A program made the translations under genes and the position numbers. Positions 58,184-64,000 of a stretch of DNA of 64,000 bases are shown piece after piece. The notes under the pieces were generated by a model. That model worked only from the letters and a program-made list of their open reading frames with translations, had not been told where the DNA came from and ran no database searches. Source of the stretch: a virus. Each line of letters opens with the position of its first letter. Positions within the stretch are counted from its first letter, which is position 1. The stretch covers positions 28,078 through 92,077 of the IMG/VR virus record IMGVR_UViG_3300032294_002964; one strand, given 5' to 3'.

Positions 58184-58963
58184 ATGAAGTACTTGAAAAA
58201 GTTCAATGAAGAACTTAAACCACAAACATATAAAAGTGCGGCTAGAAAACTTAATAAAATAGTTAAAGAGAAACCAGCTTTGGCTAAAGCTATTGGAGCA
58301 GAGAAAAGAGCTAAAGATCTTGAAGAATACGCGAAAAAAATTGAAGATTTAGGTCAAATTGATCAATGGAAAAAAAATATAGATCAGTTTTCTAAATATG
58401 GTGAGTTTAATATTGAACTATCAAGAAAGGGTGTTAGTAATCTTCTATCATCAAAAGTATATACATTTTATTTAGACTTGAGTACAGATATAGAAATGCT
58501 AATAGACTCTTGGGATGAAGAAGATCCAGATAATAGAGATATCTCATTTGGATTTGCAGGTGGTTTAATTCCTAAAAATATTGAAGATCTCAATGAGATT
58601 AAAATGAATTATACATCAGAATTTTATAATGGATTCTTTTGGGGATTTTGGTTATATGTAGACTATAAAGTTGAAAATAGTGAAGTCTCTTTTAAGGGAA
58701 TCAGATTGTATGATTATGATTCAGTGCCTAATATTCAGATTGCTGATAGAAAGTCAGTAGTAAATCTAAAGAAATTATTAGTTAATTGCTTTGATGAAAC
58801 ATTTGATTATCCAAGTGGATATAAAGATATTCCTAATATGTATGATAAAATTAATCAATCAGCTATTCAAGATCTTGAAATATCATCGACACATGGTATT
58901 GATATGGGTAGAATAAAAGAAGATATTAAAAATACACCAATAATGTCATTTTATAAACAATGA
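58184..58963 (+). CDS. hypothetical protein with N-terminal leader
   Basis: MKYLKKFNEE; paralog of the next ORF (TYKSAARKL/TYLKAGELL, ADRKS/SDRKS). Confidence 0.65.
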   Translation: MKYLKKFNEELKPQTYKSAARKLNKIVKEKPALAKAIGAEKRAKDLEEYAKKIEDLGQIDQWKKNIDQFSKYGEFNIELSRKGVSNLLSSKVYTFYLDLSTDIEMLIDSWDEEDPDNRDISFGFAGGLIPKNIEDLNEIKMNYTSEFYNGFFWGFWLYVDYKVENSEVSFKGIRLYDYDSVPNIQIADRKSVVNLKKLLVNCFDETFDYPSGYKDIPNMYDKINQSAIQDLEISSTHGIDMGRIKEDIKNTPIMSFYKQ

Positions 58964-59757
58964 AACACTTAAAGAAATTTGAAGAATTAAACATATCAAC
59001 ATATCTCAAAGCTGGTGAATTGCTTAGGAAGGGCGGACATAGCAAAAGAGGAGATAAAATGATTGATTGGGCGATGAAAGGTGAACTTAATAAAACACCC
59101 GAACTAAATCTGTGGATTAAATGGATGAACGAGTATCCGCCAAGAGGTGGTAGATCTGCTATTAAAAGGGGAATTGTCAGTGATCTACCTTTAAAGGTTA
59201 GAATAAATTCAATACATGTTAATTTAGATATGTTGAGTGAGGATATTAATTATCATAAAGATGAGAATAATTTTCCGATTTCACTGTCTATATCATTTAA
59301 TATAGATGAATCGGAACTTGAAAAGATTAATCCTGAGTACATTAAAAGTGTTAAAGATGAATGTAAATCTTCAAGTGGATTCAAATTATACCCAATGGAA
59401 CTTTATATGAGCTTTAAGTTAGATGAAAATGGACATATTGCTGAGAATCCTAAATTAAATATATTTTCATATAATGAAATAGGTGCGATGTTTAGTGATA
59501 GAAAGTCTGCTAACAATTTCAAAACAATTCTTAAAAAAGTATTAAGTAATGAAATAAAAGTCTATACTTATTATAAAGATGAAGATGATGATAGTCCAAT
59601 GACTAATTCTGAAGCCATTCTAGATAGAATACCTAAATTAATACCTACTATTGATATATCTGATGTAGAAATTATATTAGACGCATTTAAGAATATCAAT
59701 ACTAATAGTTTATATGCGGATGATCCAAATGATGCTTTGAAAAGAATTTCAAATTAA
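58960..59757 (+). CDS. hypothetical protein with N-terminal leader
   Basis: MKHLKKFEEL. Confidence 0.65.
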   Translation: MKHLKKFEELNISTYLKAGELLRKGGHSKRGDKMIDWAMKGELNKTPELNLWIKWMNEYPPRGGRSAIKRGIVSDLPLKVRINSIHVNLDMLSEDINYHKDENNFPISLSISFNIDESELEKINPEYIKSVKDECKSSSGFKLYPMELYMSFKLDENGHIAENPKLNIFSYNEIGAMFSDRKSANNFKTILKKVLSNEIKVYTYYKDEDDDSPMTNSEAILDRIPKLIPTIDISDVEIILDAFKNINTNSLYADDPNDALKRISN

Positions 59758-59881
59758 CTATATTTGCAGTATGATAACTAAGTATAAACTTTTCTGCGGC
59801 AATTAAAAAAATTTAAAGATGTGTTCAGTATATTTTGACTTTTTCGGTATTTATAATTAATATATAAAAATAAAAAAGTAT

Positions 59882-60742
59882 ATGAGAATATATTGGACAA
59901 AAGAGGAAGAAGATGAATTAAGATATTATTATGAAAATCTTGGATTATCGGTTTCTGAATTTTATAAGGATTTTATAAAAAAATATCCATATAGAACAAT
60001 AGAATCTTTGAAGATAAAGATAGTTAAACTTAAATTAAGGCATACAAAAGAACAAAAATTTCAAATAAAATCAAGGTTCACTAAGGGTGAAAATAATGGA
60101 ATGTTTGGTAAAGAAGGACCAAATAAAGGATTAACTAAAGATAATTCAGAAAGAATTAAAAATTCATCTGAGAAGATGTCTAAAACCAGAAAAGAAATGT
60201 TTAAGTGTGGATTATTATCATTATCAGGTGAAAACAATGGAATGTTCGGTAAAGATCCTTGGAATAAAGGTTTAACAAAATATACACATAATAGTTTATT
60301 GGAAGCTGGATTAAAGCAATCAAGATTCAGAAGAGAATATTGGGAATCTCTAAGTGATGAAGATAAAGACAAAATAGTTGGTGATTTATCACTTGCTGCT
60401 AATAAAGCTAAGAAAGACACAAAAATTGAAACCATAGTTAAAGATACACTTGATGGTTTAGATATTAAATATGTAAAAAACTTTAGGTGTGATAGATATA
60501 TTTTTGACTTTTATCTAACAGATTTTAATTTTGTAATAGAGTGTCAAGGTGATTACTGGCATGGTAACCCTGAGTATTTTAATGAGCTTAACGAGATACA
60601 ATTAAAAAACTTGGAAAGAGATAAGAGAAAGATAAATTATTTACAAGAAAATAATATAAAATCATTATATTTGTGGGAAAATGAAATATATAAATTTAAG
60701 ACAAATCTTGATAAAATAATCTTAGATAAGATAAATGAGTAA
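59882..60742 (+). CDS. putative free-standing homing endonuclease (NUMOD3-like repeats + Vsr/DUF559-like domain)
   Basis: GENNGMFGK twice, WNKGLTK, DF...IECQGDYWH, RDKRK, LWENEI. Confidence 0.75.
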   Translation: MRIYWTKEEEDELRYYYENLGLSVSEFYKDFIKKYPYRTIESLKIKIVKLKLRHTKEQKFQIKSRFTKGENNGMFGKEGPNKGLTKDNSERIKNSSEKMSKTRKEMFKCGLLSLSGENNGMFGKDPWNKGLTKYTHNSLLEAGLKQSRFRREYWESLSDEDKDKIVGDLSLAANKAKKDTKIETIVKDTLDGLDIKYVKNFRCDRYIFDFYLTDFNFVIECQGDYWHGNPEYFNELNEIQLKNLERDKRKINYLQENNIKSLYLWENEIYKFKTNLDKIILDKINE

Positions 60743-61922
60743 GTATATAAAAAAATATAAACAATTTGTAAATGAGAACAAAATCTCAACTGAGATTCCT
60801 TTGCCAAATGATATCATAGAGATATCAAATGCTTATATTGACGCAGATAAAGATATTTTCTTAGTTGGTGGTGCTGTTAGGGATTTTATTCAAGGAATTG
60901 AACCTAAAGATTATGATCTAGTTACAAACGCTCTTCCTAATGAATCAAAAGAAATATTAAAAGGATTTAATGTCTCTGATGAACAGGGTAAAAATTTCGG
61001 AGTGCTTAGAGTTTTTACAAAAGATGAACCAACTGGGTATGAAATTGCGTCATATAGAAGAGATATTTCTGGTGGTAGAGATACCAAGGGTGACGACCAA
61101 AAGGTTGAAATGGGTGGTGATGTTACAATAGAAGATGATTGTAATAGACGAGACCTAACTATGAATGCCTTATTCTATGATATCAAAAACAAACAAATTG
61201 TTGATTTAGTTGGTGGTGTTGAGGATATCAAAAATGGAATAGTTAGAGCGGTTGGTGACGCTGGGCAAAGATTTATAGAAGACCGATTAAGAATCTGTAG
61301 AATATTTAGATTTGCAGCAAGAACCGGTGGTGAAATAGACTCAAAAACAGCTCAAGCTATTAGAAATGATAATAGATTAAAAGGAGTTGGACCTAAAGAT
61401 GATGTTTCTCAAGAAAGAGTATGGGAAGAAATTAAAAAGGCTTTCAAACAGGCTAAATCTTTTAAACATTATCTTGAATTCTTTAATGAGTTTGATATGT
61501 GGGAAGAAGTATTTCCAGGATCTAAAATCAATACAGATATTGATGAATGTGAAGAACTAACTTCATATGTTGCAAACCTGTTTAAGCTTGAAAACACTTC
61601 TAGATTAGAACAGAAAATGATCTTAGAGTATAAGATTGAATCTGATATTGCTACTAAAGTTGTTTTCCTAATTGACTTACTTCAATTGACTGTTGAGACT
61701 GCATTTGATCTTTACAAAAAGAAGATTAGATGTCATGTTACAAACCATCAAATTATTGATTGGTTGGATACTAATGGTATACATAAGTCTATCTTTATTA
61801 GATTTATTGATTATGTACCAACTGTATCTGCAGAAGATTTAATGTCACAAGGATTCAAGGGTAGAGAACTTGGTGATGAAATAAAAAAGAGAGAAATTGA
61901 AAAATTTAAACAAATGTTATGA
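60735..61922 (+). CDS. cca: class II tRNA nucleotidyltransferase (CCA-adding) / poly(A) polymerase family, with N-terminal leader
   Basis: LVGGAVRD, KDYDLVT, RRDLTMNA, FIEDRLR, RFAAR, SQERV; leader MSKYIKKYKQFVNE. Confidence 0.88.
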   Translation: MSKYIKKYKQFVNENKISTEIPLPNDIIEISNAYIDADKDIFLVGGAVRDFIQGIEPKDYDLVTNALPNESKEILKGFNVSDEQGKNFGVLRVFTKDEPTGYEIASYRRDISGGRDTKGDDQKVEMGGDVTIEDDCNRRDLTMNALFYDIKNKQIVDLVGGVEDIKNGIVRAVGDAGQRFIEDRLRICRIFRFAARTGGEIDSKTAQAIRNDNRLKGVGPKDDVSQERVWEEIKKAFKQAKSFKHYLEFFNEFDMWEEVFPGSKINTDIDECEELTSYVANLFKLENTSRLEQKMILEYKIESDIATKVVFLIDLLQLTVETAFDLYKKKIRCHVTNHQIIDWLDTNGIHKSIFIRFIDYVPTVSAEDLMSQGFKGRELGDEIKKREIEKFKQML

Positions 61923-62164
61923 AAAAATTCACAGAGTCGATAGATAACAACGAGGAGAATGATTTCTCAATAGAGTCTGTACAGGCAAAACTTAGAAATA
62001 AGTTAGGTCCTTTTTGGACTCTATCTGAGATGATTTCAAATTCCGATACATTTGAAAAACTTCTTTCAACTGAAAAAGGAAGAGAATTAATTATTGGATG
62101 TGCTAAACAATGTGAGTTAAATAAAGAAAGAATCTTAGAACTTATAAAAATAACAGAGGAGTGA
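61919..62164 (+). CDS. small hypothetical protein with short leader
   Basis: MKKFTES. Confidence 0.5.
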   Translation: MKKFTESIDNNEENDFSIESVQAKLRNKLGPFWTLSEMISNSDTFEKLLSTEKGRELIIGCAKQCELNKERILELIKITEE

Positions 62165-62277
62165 TGATTTTACCTGATATCAATACAATGGTCTTTATGC
62201 ACATGACTTCTTCATTTGGTTAAAGAACCATCAACTTTAATATTTAAGTTTTATATATAACGAAAAATATAAAATTA

Positions 62278-63015
62278 ATGACTTTTTATTTAACATATCT
62301 CAAAGATGTTATTGGTAATAACTACTTGGGTATAAAATTCGATAATAATACAGTTGAACCCTTTTTAAATAAGCTTAAAGACATCTTAACAGATGAAGAG
62401 TATGATGTCTATACTGGTAATCAACAAAAAAGAGACCATGGATCATACCATATGACAGTTATTAATGTTATGGATTATAATCGTCTTTCAAAAGAAATTG
62501 GTGTGGATAAGTTTATTAATTCTCTTGAAGTTGTTTTTGATACTCAAATTGATGACTTAAAAATGTTAGGAGTTGGTACAGCCACAAAGAATGAAAACAC
62601 ATCCTACTTTGTTGTCTGTAAATCGGAGAAATTAAATTCGGTAAGAGAAAGATATGGTCTTCCTGAGCATGATATGCACATTACCTTAGGATTCAAATGG
62701 AAAGATGTATTTGGTGTGAGAAAGAACCAGGTTTTGGAAAATAATTCTAAATTTTTGAAACTTCTTAAACAAGAATTTTATAAGAAAGAAAATTTTAATT
62801 TTATTCGCCAAATTTCAAATTTTGATGAAGATCCAGAGTTAGATATTGTACCAATTTCAATAACAGAGTCTCATTTAAAAGTTTTAGTAGGTGATAAAAT
62901 AATGGATATAGGATTAATTGATGGTGATAATAAACTTTTTATTTTCACTAAATATAAAAAATCCTCGGAAGTGGTCAGATTACCACTTACTGAGATATAT
63001 AGAATTTTAAAATAA
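62278..63015 (+). CDS. 2H phosphoesterase (RNA-repair-associated type)
   Basis: RD...YHMTVI and HITLGF. Confidence 0.75.
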   Translation: MTFYLTYLKDVIGNNYLGIKFDNNTVEPFLNKLKDILTDEEYDVYTGNQQKRDHGSYHMTVINVMDYNRLSKEIGVDKFINSLEVVFDTQIDDLKMLGVGTATKNENTSYFVVCKSEKLNSVRERYGLPEHDMHITLGFKWKDVFGVRKNQVLENNSKFLKLLKQEFYKKENFNFIRQISNFDEDPELDIVPISITESHLKVLVGDKIMDIGLIDGDNKLFIFTKYKKSSEVVRLPLTEIYRILK

Positions 63016-63034
63016 ATTAAAATAAATTTATAAT

Positions 63035-63367
63035 ATGCAATCACAATTATTTACGCGTTATTCTTATGATGAATGTACGAATGAAGAAAAACTGTTTGAA
63101 AAACTTGATGAGCTACTTAATGAAGGTAAAGTAGAGTATAATACTGAGAATCAGTACACTTTTAAAATCAAAGACCTTGATTTATCTGACTATGAAATTC
63201 AAGAACTATGTGATCTATTTGAAGAAGTAGAAGTATTTCCTTATATTGAAGATGATGATACGGACGACTTTGATGATTTTGATGATTACAATGATTTTGA
63301 TGATGATGGTGATGATTATAACGGAAGGCGTTATAAATCAAAGGATGATGATTACGATGATTTTTAA
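63035..63367 (+). CDS. highly acidic small protein
   Basis: D/E-rich, with a (DDF/DDY)n tail. Confidence 0.6.
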   Translation: MQSQLFTRYSYDECTNEEKLFEKLDELLNEGKVEYNTENQYTFKIKDLDLSDYEIQELCDLFEEVEVFPYIEDDDTDDFDDFDDYNDFDDDGDDYNGRRYKSKDDDYDDF

Positions 63368-63373
63368 TTATTT

Positions 63374-63505
63374 TTTGGTAGTTTAGATTTTTTCCGTATA
63401 TTTGTAAAACAAACAACGAAACACACTTCTCAAAAAAGAGAAAAAAACTTTGAAAAAAGTTTGGTGAATGAAAAAAGTTTCGTATATTTGTAAAACAAAC
63501 AACGA
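63374..63505 (+). promoter_or_regulatory. two tandem Bacteroidetes sigma70-type promoters sharing a 25-bp direct repeat
   Basis: CGTATATTTGTAAAACAAACAACGA at 63395-63419 and 63481-63505, each with TTTG 19 nt upstream of the TAnnTTTG. Confidence 0.75.
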
Positions 63506-63520
63506 TAAAAAACACAAGAG

Positions 63521-63751
63521 ATGATTCAAGAAAAAGATAATGTTGTATTTCTCTTATGGGGTAAATATGCACAGAACAGATTCGATTCTTTAGTTAAGTC
63601 TACGAATATGTATCATGGCAAATCCCATGTTGTAATTACTGCCCCACATCCTGCAGCTGAGGTATACGGAAGTATGAAGGCTGGATTTGTTGGCAGTAAT
63701 TGTTTTATGAAAGCTAATGATAACTTATCAAAACCTATTAATTGGATATGA
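63521..63751 (+). pseudogene. ung: C-terminal fragment of family 1 uracil-DNA glycosylase
   Basis: VVFLLWGKYAQ, APHPAA, GFVGSNCF.KAN, PINW; the N-terminal catalytic GQDPY half is absent. Confidence 0.7.
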
Positions 63752-63990
63752 CACAAAAATCAAACGAAGAACAGAACGGCTTTTTAGCCAAACCCGTGTT
63801 AGCAGCCGTTGTTCACTTTTTTAAGGTGAGATGGACTGCAAAAAGATTTAATATATGGACACAAAAATTAGACAAAACTTACAAGGGAGGATATTGGCTT
63901 GGATATGATAACAAAATTTATTACGGACACCCAATGCTTGTATTCTTTTTGTCCGCTCAAAATAGTTGGTGGCTCGACAATGGCTGCTAA
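63742..63990 (+). CDS. small hypothetical protein bounded by an inverted repeat
   Basis: 82 aa ORF whose stop lies in the right arm (GCTAAC) of a 15-bp inverted repeat. Confidence 0.5.
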   Translation: MDMTQKSNEEQNGFLAKPVLAAVVHFFKVRWTAKRFNIWTQKLDKTYKGGYWLGYDNKIYYGHPMLVFFLSAQNSWWLDNGC

Positions 63991-64000
63991 CTCACGAACA

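Noticed and set aside
61880-61922. CCA enzyme C-terminus KKREIEKFKQML as an instance of the C-terminal tag
   Set aside because: The spacing does not fit the motif, and similar helices normally end this enzyme family
1-64000. Alternative genetic code (stop codon reassignment, as in some large phages)
   Set aside because: Genes tile densely in code 11, conserved enzymes are full length, and TAA, TGA and TAG all occur as real stops
1-64000. tRNA, rRNA or CRISPR array
   Set aside because: No cloverleaf/T-loop patterns or regularly spaced repeats seen by eye and intergenic gaps are short; a tRNAscan/Infernal run would be needed to exclude them formally
1-64000. Bacterial chromosome origin, suggested by dnaK, dnaJ, grpE, nusG, guaC and cca
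   Set aside because: These genes lack their usual bacterial neighbours (e.g. secE/rplK around nusG) and are interspersed with gp32, T4-type topoisomerase, Rnl1 and neck genes

Overview
A very AT-rich, gene-dense segment in the standard genetic code that reads as part of a large T4-like (jumbo/huge) phage genome. It carries gp32-type SSB, a T4-type topoisomerase II pair, an RNase H-like 5'-3' exonuclease, an RnlA-type RNA ligase, a gp13-like neck protein and tail-tube-like proteins. The host is probably a Bacteroidetes: there are repeated TTTG-N19/20-TAnnTTTG promoters and a T9SS type-B-sorted PKD protein. Host-like cargo includes DnaK/DnaJ/GrpE, NusG, GuaC, a CCA-adding enzyme, a rhomboid protease, dCMP deaminase and a glycosyltransferase/FkbM cluster. 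The most striking unexplained structure is two mutually exclusive peptide tags on mostly unrelated proteins. (1) An N-terminal leader, roughly M-K-x-(L/I)-K-x-(F/Y)-x-x-F-x-x-E, sits on about 20 proteins, resembles the T4 capsid-targeting sequence, and is found on the RNA ligase, the CCA enzyme and an Acb1/57B-like phosphoesterase. (2) A C-terminal R-(D/E/N)-x-K-(I/L)-x-x-(I/L)-(L/F) motif sits on about 16 proteins and has no function I recognise. Three promoter-like motifs were read by eye (host sigma type, AAC-N18-TATAA, TAATATATA), and the two tags largely partition between them. All calls come from motif recognition only; no searches were run.
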